Source: Chiloscyllium plagiosum
Taxonomy: Eukaryota
Length of the DNA stretch: 64,000 nucleotides
Reading direction: 5' to 3'
NCBI RefSeq assembly: GCF_004010195.1
Contig: NC_057718.1
Location: forward strand, 43,718,280-43,782,279
This document shows, piece after piece, positions 40,756-52,720 of this stretch. Position 1 is the stretch's first letter; each line of letters starts with the position of its first letter. The notes below the pieces were generated by a model. That model saw nothing but the letters and a program-made list of their open reading frames with translations. It had not been told where the DNA came from and did not search any database. A program made the position numbers and the translations under genes.

Positions 40756-42186
40756 AAGGTTGAAAACCCATTTCCAAATGTCACTATGAAACTGAATCCA
40801 TTTTCTCTCTGCACTTCACAGACATTCCCTCTGATAATCAGGTAGAATGGAAAGTTTTTACCAGCTTCACAGTCCCAACGTTGGCTTCTGGTAGCTTCAA
40901 CTTTGTAACCATGTTTTCCTTCCCACTATACCAAATATCGCCAAATTTACATGTGGGCCAATGAGACAGGCACCAAGTTCCAGCAGCCAAATGGATGAGT
41001 TACTTTCAGAAGCCTGACAATTGTCAGTATGTTTCCACATCCAAATGATGAGTGGCTTGGAGGGGAAAATGTAGGTGATGGTGTTCCCATGTGTCTGTTT
41101 CCCTCATCCTTCTTGGTGGCAATTCTTATGGGTTGAAAAATGTAGTCTAAGGAGCATTCCTTGTGAATTTCTGCAGTGCATCCTGCAGATGGTACACACT
41201 GCTGCCACTATACCTGTTGTGGAGACAGTATGTGGATGTCTTGTCAATTAAATGGGCTGCTTTGTCCTGGTTGGTGTCAAGCTTCTTGTGTGTTGTTGGA
41301 GCTGCACTCATCCAGGCATCCTTTGTTTATGCTTAATTGGAACGGAAAGCTAGTTTTCTTTTCCAGTCTGGTTCAAATAATTGAAAGAAAGACTTGGACG
41401 AATGTAAATAGTCGAACTGCACATATCAATTGTGATTCTTGCTGTAATTCAGATCATGCAAAAGAGTCAATCACAAAATACTTAATGGCTCAAAATATCT
41501 TACATTCTTGAACTTGTCATGTTTCTGTATGTGCAGCAGCATAAATTAAGGCCAGAACCTTATCAGAAACCCAGTCAACTTTTACATGAAATTATTCCTT
41601 TCCAAATAGAAATTGAAACAAGATTAAAAATGCCAGAGCCTTAGACTGATCAAAGCATTGAGTTTACTTAAAATCCTTTATTTCAAAATAGTAAAGTAAA
41701 CCAACTTAAGCTTTCCTTTCTAGTATCAGCATTTTAAACTCTTGGTTTTGGATAAGCAGGTGTAGCATGAAATAATTTATATAGAATTACACAGTAACAA
41801 GGCCATTGTTTTATTTTTGTTTTTAAAAACTTTTCGACCATTATTAAGACCTAACAAAAATTGATGACCTTTTAAGTGAACAATTTTGTACAATTGATAG
41901 CTAACGAGGCACATGACAGATACACATGATGGAAAGTTTTGTAATTTACTTTTAGATGCTACAGCACTTTGGTGAAAGTTGAAAAACCATCTCCAAATGT
42001 CACATTAAAACTGAGTCCATTCTCTCGCTCTGCACTTCACAGACATTCCCTCTGGTAACCAGGTCGAGTGAAAAGCTCACACCTCGGATTAATTTTACCG
42101 TTTGTTGGCCTTGTGCACATTGCATTTACTGGAACAATTCTTTCTGCGAGGCCAAATACTGTTTGAGTCCTGTGGTGAGCCTCCTA

Positions 42187-43166
42187 ACACACCGGACCAT
42201 CAACGCCACACTCACAGGAATCCGATTCACGAGAGAAGAAGAAAAGGACAACCAACTCCCATTCCTAGACTTGATGGTACAGAGAACACCAAACGGAGAA
42301 TTCACTACAAGGGTATACAGGAAAGCCACACACACAGACCAAGTCCTAAACCACACCAACACACACAAATGAAGCTGCATCAGGACACTATTCAGAAGGG
42401 TCACAACACACTGCAGTACACCAGGACTGCAAAAAGAAGAAGAGGAACACCTATACAAGGTATTCGCCAAAAACGGATACCCGCGGAACTTCATCAACAG
42501 ATGCCTAAGAGAAAGACCACAGAACGAGGACATACCACAACCAAAAGGACTAGCCACACTACCATATATCAGGAGCATCTCGGAACTGACAGCCAGACTA
42601 CTGCGACCCCTAGGACTCATAACGGCACACAAACCAACAGCCACGCTCAGACAACAACTCACCAGAACGAAGGACCTGATTCCTAACATGAGCAAAACGA
42701 ATGTAGTGTACAAAATACCATGCAAGGTCTGCACAAAACACTACATAGGACAAACAGGAAGACAGCTAACAATCCGCATACATGAACATCAACTAGCCAC
42801 GAAACGACACGACCAGCTATCCTTAGTAGCCACACACGCAGACAACAAGCAACATGAATTCGACTGGGACAACACTACTATCATAGGGCAAGCCAGACAG
42901 AGAACAGCCAGGGAATTCCTAGAGGCATGGCATTCATCCACAAACTCCATCAACAAACACATCGACCTGGACCCAATATACCAACCACTACAGCGAACAG
43001 CTGAAACTGACAACCAGAAGCGGCAGGGACAGACCACTATAAACACCGGAGGAAACATCAAAGAAGCGCTTCGCAGGAGGCTCCCAAGCACTGATGATGT
43101 CGCCTAGCCAGGGGACAAAACGTTTGCAACAAAAACTTCCAGCTCGGCGAACAGAACCACAACAAC
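42187..43166 (+). mobile_element. Penelope/Poseidon-like element 3' part (RT thumb + GIY-YIG endonuclease)
   Basis: One frame from INATLTGIRFTREEEKDNQLPFLDL...VYRKATHTD through NVVYKIPCKVCTKHYIGQTGRQLTIRIHEH...REFLEAWH, broken only by TGA 42370-42372. Hammerhead-like CTGATGA at 43091-43097 with GAAA mutated to AAAA. Confidence 0.92.
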
Positions 43167-43686
43167 CTTCTATCTCTGCTCACCACACCCCTCCCCCCAC
43201 CCCACCGCCCCCACGCTCCAACTGTGTACTATTCATGAAAAACTCACTACTTAACTGGGTTCCTCCATAAGACCAGCATCATCCATGCCATCTTTCAAAA
43301 TCCATTGCATACCTGCAAGAGTGATGCCATCTGCAAACTATCCTTCTCACCTGTGTTATGTGTTGGGAGAGATGACAGAGATGGCAAAGATGGCACCATA
43401 CGTCTCAGGTGGTGCCCTGGTGAGTGACCTGGTGGGTGATGCCACACTAACAGACCATACCAATCTGATTGGTGATCACCGCCTGGATCAAGGAGCACTG
43501 ACGGTTCTGCAGTGTTTCAGAATGTTACATGGATAAAACGTTGATTTTTCCAGGTTTGATTTTGACAATGTTGACCCCTCTTTTGGACTTAGCACCGATC
43601 TTCCGGTTTTTGGGCAAGATAGCTATGTGACCAAACCTGTAGATTATTGAAAGGTTTGAAGTAGCTGTTGGCAAACTTTAGGTGTT

Positions 43687-43843
43687 AGGCAAAAGTGAGG
43701 ACTGCAGATGCTGGAAACCAGAGTCTAGATTAGAATGGTGCTGGAAAAGCACAACAGGTCAGATGAAGGGCTTTTGCCCAAAATATCGATTTTCCTGCTC
43801 CTCGGATGCTGCCTGAGCTGCTGTGCTTTTCCAGCACCACTCT
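43687..43843. mobile_element. Fold-back PLE mini-element with central deletion, 14-bp TSD
   Basis: TSD aaactttaggtgtt at 43673-43686 and 43844-43857; inverted arms. Confidence 0.85.
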
Positions 43844-44175
43844 AAACTTTAGGTGTTGTCAGAGATAATTAAAGTCAAGCATACTGTGATAGTAAGTACC
43901 CAAGTCGGGCCATGCACTCAGTTGACTGGATCCACTGAGATTAATAGTCCACTATAACCAAGAAGGTTTTATCCTTGAACTCCCAAGATCAAGATGGAAA
44001 TGATGACTCTGTACGAATATTCCTTGTGCTCTTGTCTTTTGCAATTAGAAATCACGCCTTCAAAAGCCTTGGAAAATTCTGGCTAGAAAATTAAATTGCC
44101 CTTGCCCAGAAGTTGGTTGTGACCACGTTCCCCTGGTATAACTGCTGAAGAGTCCTCCATTACAGATCTGGGAAT

Positions 44176-44398
44176 GGTCTACTTACATTTACCTATCACC
44201 ATCACACCCATCCTTCCCCCAGCCCCACCTCCCTCCTGCTATATACATCTGAACTCCCTCCTCCTCCTCAGCTGTGATGAAGGGTTTCAGCCTGAAACAT
44301 TGACTTTCCTGCTCCTCGGATGCTGTCTGACCAACTGTGCTCTTCCAACTTCACATCTATTGACTTTTACTTCTAGAATCTGCAGTCTTTTCTGTCCC
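44176..44398 (+). mobile_element. Old PLE terminal-repeat fragment
   Basis: cctatcaccatcacaccc...tgatgaagggtttcagcctgaaacattgac...ggatgctgtctgacc, similar to 37790-38018. Confidence 0.65.
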
Positions 44399-45189
44399 CT
44401 AATGGCAACCTTTTTGTCAGACCAACAAGGTTCAAGGAGGCTGAGGTGGTGACAACATTCTCAGAAATGTTTCAGAACACAATTGCCCAGATAACACATT
44501 GACAATCCCAATACACAGAATTATCTTACCTTAGCACTCAAGACATAAGCTTTATTGGGCTACTCAAATTTCCTCTCGTTTCAGGGTGATTGTCATTAGG
44601 AACTTGGTAGACAAGCAAATTTGGGAATCTATATCTTCAGTGCAGTGTACGTCCTTTGCTGTAGGATTCCCCATGGGAATATGAGGCAATGCATCTGCAG
44701 TGGTTTACTATTTACCTCAGTGGATGTACCATATACTGTCGTAAAACCTTATGGGTCTAATGGATAAACATTATATTCTGGATGACCTCTTTCCCAAACA
44801 TTTAGAACGGAACAATGACCAATGAATTATGAACTGCCTAAATAACAGATTTGCATCCTGGACATATACCAGTCTGCAAGAACTGGGAGCAAAGTGACAG
44901 CCTAACACAATAGATTGTACCTCAGCCATGACTATAGTGTGTAGATATGAGTTGTCATGGGATATTGATTCTATTGAAGCTAGCATCTCCTTGATTCTTT
45001 TGAATTATTTTTGTTGATGTTCTGCTTAAACAACTGCCATAGCATCTGATTAACATGTGTGAAATTGGGTATATGAACATACAGATTCGGAGAGGAAGTT
45101 GGCCATTCACCCTCTTCAACCTGCCATGCCATTCAGTAAAATCATGGCTGTTCTGTTTGTTTCAAATTCCCCATTTTCATCTAATCTCA

Positions 45190-45430
45190 AGTTTGCACAT
45201 TGTCCCCGTGTCTGCGTGGGTTTCCTCTGAGTGCTCCGGTTTCCTCCCACAGTCTAAAGATGTGCAGGTCAGGTGAATTGGCCATGCTAATTTGCCCGTA
45301 GTGTTAGGTGCATTAGTCAGGGGTGAATGGAGGGGATTGGATCTGGGTGGGTTGCTCTTCAGAGGGCCGGTGTGCACTCGTTGGGCCGAAGGGCCTGTTT
45401 CCACACTGTAGGGAATCTAATCTAATCTAA
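45190..45430 (+). mobile_element. HE1-type V-SINE, 5' truncated
   Basis: gtttgcacattgtccccgtgtctgcgtgggtttcc...ccacactgtagggaatctaatctaatctaa. Confidence 0.88.
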
Positions 45431-48400
45431 CCACATCAGTCAAATTAAACTTGTCCTGTTGGAAAGAAGCATTCTGAAACTTCTCAAAGGCAGAAGTCCC
45501 TTTTTGTTTGGAGTTATGACAAGAAATGTCAGAATGTTGGACTTGCTAGATACTTTTTAAACCTACTTAGGTACTTTGTAGCTATTTTGACAGAATAGTC
45601 ATCGCCATTTGCACTATCTAGGTATTTCAATAATTATTGAGAAAGGAACCTGATATATGGGTATTAAGCCACACCTTGCACACCTACTGCCTATCCCAAC
45701 AAAATAAATATTGCTGCTTTATGTCGAATCCAATAATGTAGGTTTGAAACTGTGTGAGATCCAAGGTAATGTTAAAGTTTTTTTTAAACATTAATGTCAG
45801 GTCTCGAGATCTCAAGGTCTTTGGTTAGATGTGCTGACATTCTACTAAAAGCTCTGGTGAACTGAAGTTGAAATCTGAGATTTCCTTCGACTGAGAATAG
45901 CACTGCTGCAGGCATTGGAGTGCGCAGTGAGTAAACAAATATAACTTAATTAATTATTAATTCACTGAACTCTGGGCACAGCTTTATTTATAAGTATTTT
46001 TCAAAGCTTAATCACCAGAGACTGGGTATCATCAGTTAAATTTCAGATAAGTTTTTAACCCATATTTTAGACTTTTTAAAAAAAAGAATGTGAATTGTGT
46101 ATAGAAGAAATCATTTGGAATGCTGAAAAAAATGCCTCATATGCATCTACTTCAAATTGTTCTCAATTGGTGACTGCCTCTAATGGCAACATATGATGTA
46201 GGTGCAAGAAAGCCTTCATACCAGAGGGAGCACCTAATGAGATTATAAATACCAAAGATAAAAATTGAACACCATTTCCTGGAAAACTTAAATTGTTCAC
46301 AATTGGGCATATCTGTTGGATCAAGTGTTGACAAATTTATTTGTGTTAACACAATAATCCAAAGGCTGCAGAATAAGAATACAACAGTTTGTATGATTGA
46401 AAACAGGTAAGAAAAGAATAAGATTAAAAATAAAATATATCAGGAAACCTTCAGAAAGTTTCTTTTTAATGTCAAAAAGACCATGCAATTTTGTACAAAA
46501 TTCAGTTTCAGTAGCTGAAAAAGTAGCCAATTATATAGTTACACAGATTGAGGACTCAAGATTATTGTATTTGATGATTTTGATAGAAAACGATTAGTTT
46601 TCAGGTATGTCCTTCAATCATAGGGAGTTGGATGCAGTCTCAACTGTCTACTTTGAATAAATGAGCTTGTTTCTGGATGTGAGCAAAGTGAAAAACAAGG
46701 TGGGAAGCTCTATGGAATTATTACTGCTACATGTACATATTACCTTTTTAAAAAATTCCTTTCTGTTTTGATACCCTTGAGAATGTATACAAACTGTAGA
46801 AGGGCAAAAGTTATATCACTGCTCCTTCTCCCTTTGCTTTTCACCTTGAAAAGCAGTGAAAAATCATTCTGATATGGTTCCTTAATGCCATCTGCTTGTT
46901 GACTCAGTTATTTCTTCTTTCAGTAGTCTCTAGCATTTCTTCCAAAACAATACCATAATCTCGTCAAACAATGTTGAAAACACAGGATATAATTGTCGAT
47001 TGAAAACAGAAATAAATATTTATGTTTTTAAGCATGTACATATTTTCATGCTTCCAATCTATAATAATTAAACATTTTCAAAATCAACTGAATGAGTGAC
47101 AGTTTTCCTCTACATTTACAGAACCTCCAATGTTAATAGTGGAGTTTCAGTGCTGTAAATACACCATACCTTCAGTACTTCTTCTCAAAACCTCCCATGT
47201 AATCACTCACTAATTCTGCTGTCATAGTTCTTTGAGGCTTGCCTTTTTACCTTTTTACATACTTGGTATGGAGTAATGCTGGTCAAGTTATATGACCAAT
47301 TGTTTCTCTCTGATGAAGACAGCTGCCTACAGCGCTTTGTGGGCTATGGCTAATTATTGGTACTTCTGCTCAATCCAAGAATACAAGTTGCACTTGCTCC
47401 TGGAAAGCTCGCTGTCATGTAAACAAGTTTAAGACTGTTATCTATTACAGGCATGAACTTTAATGAAAGTAAGCATGTGAAATTGAATTCAACTGTAAAG
47501 GACCATATGAGAGTCTTACCAGAAAACATGTGGACGAAAAGAGACAGAGAGATTTGAAGATAGATTGATTGATTGGAAGTAAGTCAAAATAAATGTAGGG
47601 CTTTGAAAGCTATCATGAATGACATGCATAGAGATAAGAAATGAAGAAATGCAGTGACCTATAATTGTCTCGCAAGTGATTTCAGAGTTGTTAAAATTAA
47701 TTGTGAAATCTCCTATTAGCGGCTGTATGCCTCTAGTGTTTTCTCTGTGAATGCTTCCAGGAAGTAATTATTTAGTACGTCAACTATTTTTAGTTCATCC
47801 TTTCTTTAAACTCTATTAGCATCATTAGGCAATCTCACTTCATCTTTGATATCCCTCTCACTGTTGAAGATTTCAAATGATTTCTTTGCTGTTGTATTTG
47901 ACTTCCACAGTTACTTTTAATTTCAGATACCCTTTTGTCCATTGGCTATTTTTGTTGCATTTTTTTGGAGGATGCTGTTATTTCCAAGCATTCCCCTCCT
48001 TCTTTCTCATTTCAGGTGATATCAATTATTTTTAAAACTTAAATGATAAGACTAAATAAAATTAAAAGCAAATTACAGCATTTCTCAAAGATCACATTTT
48101 TGGGGTTGACTCATGCTTATGGATTGTATTTTAAAACAAAAATGGAAGAGATGCATTTATCTATGCCAGCAACATGAAAAAGGTTTGTAGCAAATTGGCA
48201 GCTTATTATATGCAGGGACAGCTTTTATTTTCTATGGATGATATTGTTGAAAGTTTAAATTTCAGACCAAGCAGAAGGAACAATGAGTCTAGGAAATGAG
48301 TCTCCATTAAGAGTTTGAGTAATAATTCTGTAAACTTCAATGAAAAGAAGATTGAGCATGGTGAAAAATCAATTGCTAATTTGTTATGAGCCTGTTATGA

Positions 48401-49335
48401 GCAATGCAATTTTGTCTCAAGGAAATAAAGTTAAGACTACAAACACAGACGTTAACATTTGTTTCAAGATATCACAACTCATGGGCTATTTCAGACTTCA
48501 GCAACAAGAATCTTTGTCACGTCTCATATCCATTAGTCATTATGTCCAGGAGTACAAAGTTATTTGATTTCTCATCACAGCTGGGCAACTAATGATCAAT
48601 AACGTTGCTGGGAGAATAATTCCAGTCATGTACAGGTATTTACAGAAAATACATTCCTGGAGAGATTTGCTGGCAAATAATGTAGTGAGATATCAGAGGC
48701 ACAGCCCCACTACTTCCTTTAGCTAAAATTATCAGAGAGAATTATTTGGGAAGCAGAAACGATCTTTGGCATTGAGCTGGAATCTGAAGTTACTGAAAAT
48801 AAGGAGGAGAAATTCATGTTCATATTCCTCTTGAAATCAGTAGCATTTTTAGCAAATTTGCTGGAAAATGCCAAGAATGGAGCCTCCATCAATTATTGGA
48901 GAGCTTACCTGTTACCCCTGCTATTGCTGGCATCTCATTTCCTTCACAATGCTGACAAAAATGGTCTGGTCCAGACCAAATTGAAATTCCCTCTCTTCCA
49001 TTCCATGTGTCACCATTTAGCAGGATCGCCATGTGGCCAACAATTCTGGAAATGTAGGGGTCCTTAAATGGAAAAAGCTAGTCTTCTTCTAACCTTATCT
49101 TCTGTCTGAAAACAGAGCATTTTTACTATCTTTCCCTTTTGAGGTTATCCCTCAATAGGTTTTCCCTTTTCCGCTTCTCATGCCACCTCTTTTGATGCTG
49201 TATAATTGTTTGCATGAGCAGCACTTTAGGTTTTACGTCCTCACATATTTTGATGTCAGGATGGGCACTAGGGACCCATCACATATATGGAACAAATCCC
49301 GAGAGTTGATATTGAGCTGGATACAAAAGTGTGGG

Positions 49336-49815
49336 TTGTTGTGGTTCTGTTCGCCGAGCTGGGAATTTGTGTTGCAGAAGTTTTGTCCCCTGTCTAGGTG
49401 ACATCCTCAGTGCTTGGGAGCCTCCTGTGAAGCGCTTCTGTGATCTTTCCTCTGGCATTTGTACAAACTACAAATGCCACCACTACAAATGCCGGAGGAA
49501 AGATCACAGAAGCGCTTCACGGGAGGCTCCCAAGCACTGAGGATGTCACCTAGACAGGGGAACCACTACAAATGTTGGAGGAAAGATCACAGAAGCGCTT
49601 CACAGGAGGCTCCCAAGCACTGAGGATGTCACCTAGACAGGGTAACCACTACAAATGCTGGAGGAAAGATCACAGAAGTGCTTCACAAGAGGCTCCCAAG
49701 CACTGAGGATGTCACCTAGACAGGGGACGAAACGTCTGCAACACAAATTCCCAGCGCGGTGAACAGAACCACAACAACGAGCACCCGAGCTACAAATCTT
49801 CTCACAAACTTTGAA
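49336..49815 (+). mobile_element. PLE terminus with inverted arm and three 83-bp tandem units
   Basis: Inverted arm 49336-49463; units start at 49479, 49562 and 49645 (accactacaaat...). Related to the 3' end of the 42187 element. Confidence 0.88.
49700..49739 (+). ncRNA. Minimal type-I hammerhead ribozyme motif
   Basis: GCA CTGAGGA (49703-49709) tGTCaCCT agac AGGgGAC GAAA (49729-49732) C GTC TGC. Core intact, stem II present, GCA/TGC stem I. Confidence 0.65.
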
Positions 49816-50203
49816 AGGTATGGGTGTAACTCCAATCCATAAAGGCAAATGCTGTCGCAAGACCTTCAGATCATAAGTTCACTGGAAAACAAAATGTGCC
49901 AAAGACAAGTATTGCACATGATTTCATGAAAGATTTTGTTATTACTCTTTCGGTCAAAGTACTTTTTGAAGAGGGAAGCAATATTTTAACCAGGATAATT
50001 TGATTTGACTGTTACACTGTTGTTTTCTGTCTGTAAAGCAAAGTATCATAATGGTCCATACTTGGCTGATTGGCCCAGGGTTTGACTTTGTAAAGATTTG
50101 ACAAGTAAACATAAGAGTACATATGAAAGATAAAATGCCTAGCTTGTCAGATCATAAAGGTTTATTATATAAGTTATTTTTGTAGTCTGCTGAAGCATTC
50201 TAT

Positions 50204-50429
50204 GGATGTAGGTTTGCTCGCTGAGTAGAAAGGTTCATTTCCGGACATTTTGGCACCATACTAGGTAACATCTTCAGTGAGCCTCAGACAAAGCACTGCT
50301 GAAACTTCCTGCTTTCTATTTATATGTTTGGGTTTCTTTGGATTGGTGATGTCATTTCCTGTGGTGATGCTATTTCCTGTGGTGAAGTCACTTCCAGTTC
50401 CTTTTCTCATGGGGTGGTAGATGGGGTAA
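50204..50429 (-). mobile_element. PLE terminal fragment (further family), 11-bp TSD
   Basis: TSD aagcattctat at 50193-50203 and 50430-50440. The minus strand has CTGAAGA-tgttacctagtatggtgcc-AAAA-tgtc (mutated hammerhead core). Confidence 0.7.
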
Positions 50430-50982
50430 AAGCATTCTATCCCTGAATTGTACTGTTGCATTGTTAGATATAAAAGAGTTATGGCACAACTCCAACTTTC
50501 AGATTCTTAGGTCATTTATACAAATGACCAATAAGTGTGCTGAAGAAAATATCAACGTGAGACCCCAAACTTGTGCCTATTGTGTATTAGTTTGATCTTA
50601 CATCAAATGTAGATGATGTTACAACTATTGTTACCCAAAGATGCCACTAATTTCTTTCCCTCTATAGTATGTATATCATTTCCCGGTAAAAGTATGAGTT
50701 ATTTCTAATGCCTTCACTAACGCATAGTGTCAGAATACAGCCACATCTCACTTTTATTAGATTGGACTCTACACTGTTTAAGCATTGGTTTGGTTAAAAT
50801 TCCTCATTAGAATGATCTTACAATTCACATATGCCCATCTCTTAATTTTCTGAAGTTAAACTTGCATACATTTGGGAATCAAGGAAAACACTCTCCACTT
50901 TCCAAAGGGATACCAGCAACAATTTGAAATACGTTATTTCATTAAACATTTTTAATTGAATTTTCTATTCCATGTCTTTCAG

Positions 50983-51114
50983 GGTATTTAGTGTACATTG
51001 AAGTGCTTTTTCTGGTGAGATGCAATTTGAGGTTTCATTTCAACTAAAGACAGACAGGTTAAATGGTTTGCTTTTTTTTTTGCTTACAATAAAGAAACAA
51101 AGACAAACCTCAGT
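50983..51114 (+). pseudogene. USH2A: Usherin LamG2 exon (human exon 26 equivalent), two frameshifts and a stop
   Basis: Acceptor catgtctttcag|GG, donor CAGT|gtaagt. Reads GYLV[-1]H*SAFSGEMQFEVSFQLKTDRLNGLLFF[+2]AYNKETKTNLS versus human GFLELHPYMFHGGMNFEISFKFRTDQLNGLLLFVYNKDGPDFLA. 132 bp versus 131. TGA at 50999-51001; T10 run at 51072-51081. Confidence 0.9.
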
Positions 51115-51169
51115 GTAAGTCATTTAATATTTTCTGCTTCTATTAATAAGTAGAACTACAACCTATGTA

Positions 51170-52720
51170 AAAGGTACAGGAGTAGGCCATTCAGTCTTTG
51201 AACCTGCTTGGCCATTTAATAAGATCATAAGTGATCTAATTATAGCCACAAATCTGCATTGAGGCCTTTCACCACCCCCATTCCCACCCACCATTTACCA
51301 AAGATCTATCTGAATTTGCTTACACTACCTTTTCAGTAAGTGCATTCCAAAGATTCAAGACTATCAGAGAAATAATTTTGCCTTATCTTTATTTAAATTG
51401 ACAACGCCTTCTCTTTGAAAAGTAACTCCTAGTTCTAAACTCTCCCATAATAGGAAATATCCTCTACCCATTGACACTGTCAAGACCCTTCAGGATCTCA
51501 TTTCTTTCAATCATGTCTTTCTCATCTAAAATACAGCGAATATAAGCCAGGCCCATCAAACCGTTACTCATGAGAAAACCCACTAATTCCATGTCTAGTA
51601 GGTAGTCTGGTAAACCTCTCCAAACTACTTCCAATGCATATACATCCTCCATTAAATATGGTGACCACTCCTGTATACAGTTCTCCAGATGCTCTGGTAG
51701 TGTCCCATATAACCTCCTTATTTTGTACTTATTTCTCCTTGTAATAATTGATAACATTTTATTAGTTTAGACTTAGATTTATTGTCATATAAAAAAGTGT
51801 TTTTTCTGCATACCAAACATAGAGTGTCACCACACTCCAATGCCATCTTGAAACATTGAATATAATTCAAGGTTTTACTGAAATAGAGTTCATCTTTCCC
51901 TCTTCTTTTTGTTATCCTCCACCACTCCTCCATTTGCTGTGACATATTCCGGGGTCACAGTACCATCCTGCCTTCGCTGTCACCGTCAATCCCACAACTG
52001 CCATGTCCAAGCTGGAGTCATGGACCAGGTCCATATCTCCTGCTCCTTCTCTGATGCTCCTCCACCTGTGACTCTGGTCATTGGCTGCTATGGTCTTGGC
52101 TACGGGTTCCTCCTCCATCAATGCTGAAGCCTCTGTGATGTCAGCACCAGAGCCTGGGCTGTGTAGGCTCAGCCCCAACTGACTGCCCCATGGGAAAGAA
52201 GCCACAGGAAGACTGTGAAAATTACTTTTCCTCATTAGTTTCTTTCCGTGAATGTTAATATTTTGTAATTCATATACCGGGGCATCTAGATCCCTCTCCA
52301 TCTCAGAGATTTTCAATCCCTCATTATTTAGATAACATACTACATTTTTACTCTTTGTATGGATAAGGACAGTGCTGCATTTTCTCACATTATACTCAAT
52401 TTGCCAAATTTCTGTCCACTTATGCAAGATATCTGTATCATTTTGCACTTTCCTTGTGTCCTCTTCACAACTTAGAACAAAGATAGGTTGAAAACTATCA
52501 GCAAATTTGGCAACCATACCTTTGGTCCCTTCATCCAAGACATTGTTTTAACTTGTAAAGAGTTGAGGTTCTGACATTAATCCCTGTGGTACATCACTCA
52601 TTACATCTTGTCAACCAGAAAATGACCAATCTATGGTTATTCTCTGATTTCTATTGACCAGCCACTCTTCTCTCTGTGATAATATGTCAACCCCTACACC
52701 AAGATCTTTTACTTTTTGCA
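51170..52720 (-). mobile_element. Old CR1 LINE remnant, interrupted
   Basis: MDEGTKGMVAKFAD...WQIEYNV, HLENCIQEWSPYL. Starts about 55 bp downstream of the decayed exon 50983-51114. Confidence 0.7.

Noticed and set aside
49479..49727. Regularly spaced repeats as a CRISPR array
   Set aside because: These are contiguous 83-bp tandem units with no unique spacers, in vertebrate DNA with no cas genes; they derive from a PLE terminus.
51072..51081. T10 frameshift as independent proof of pseudogenisation
   Set aside because: Homopolymer length errors are common, so it is given little weight; the conclusion rests on the other lesions.
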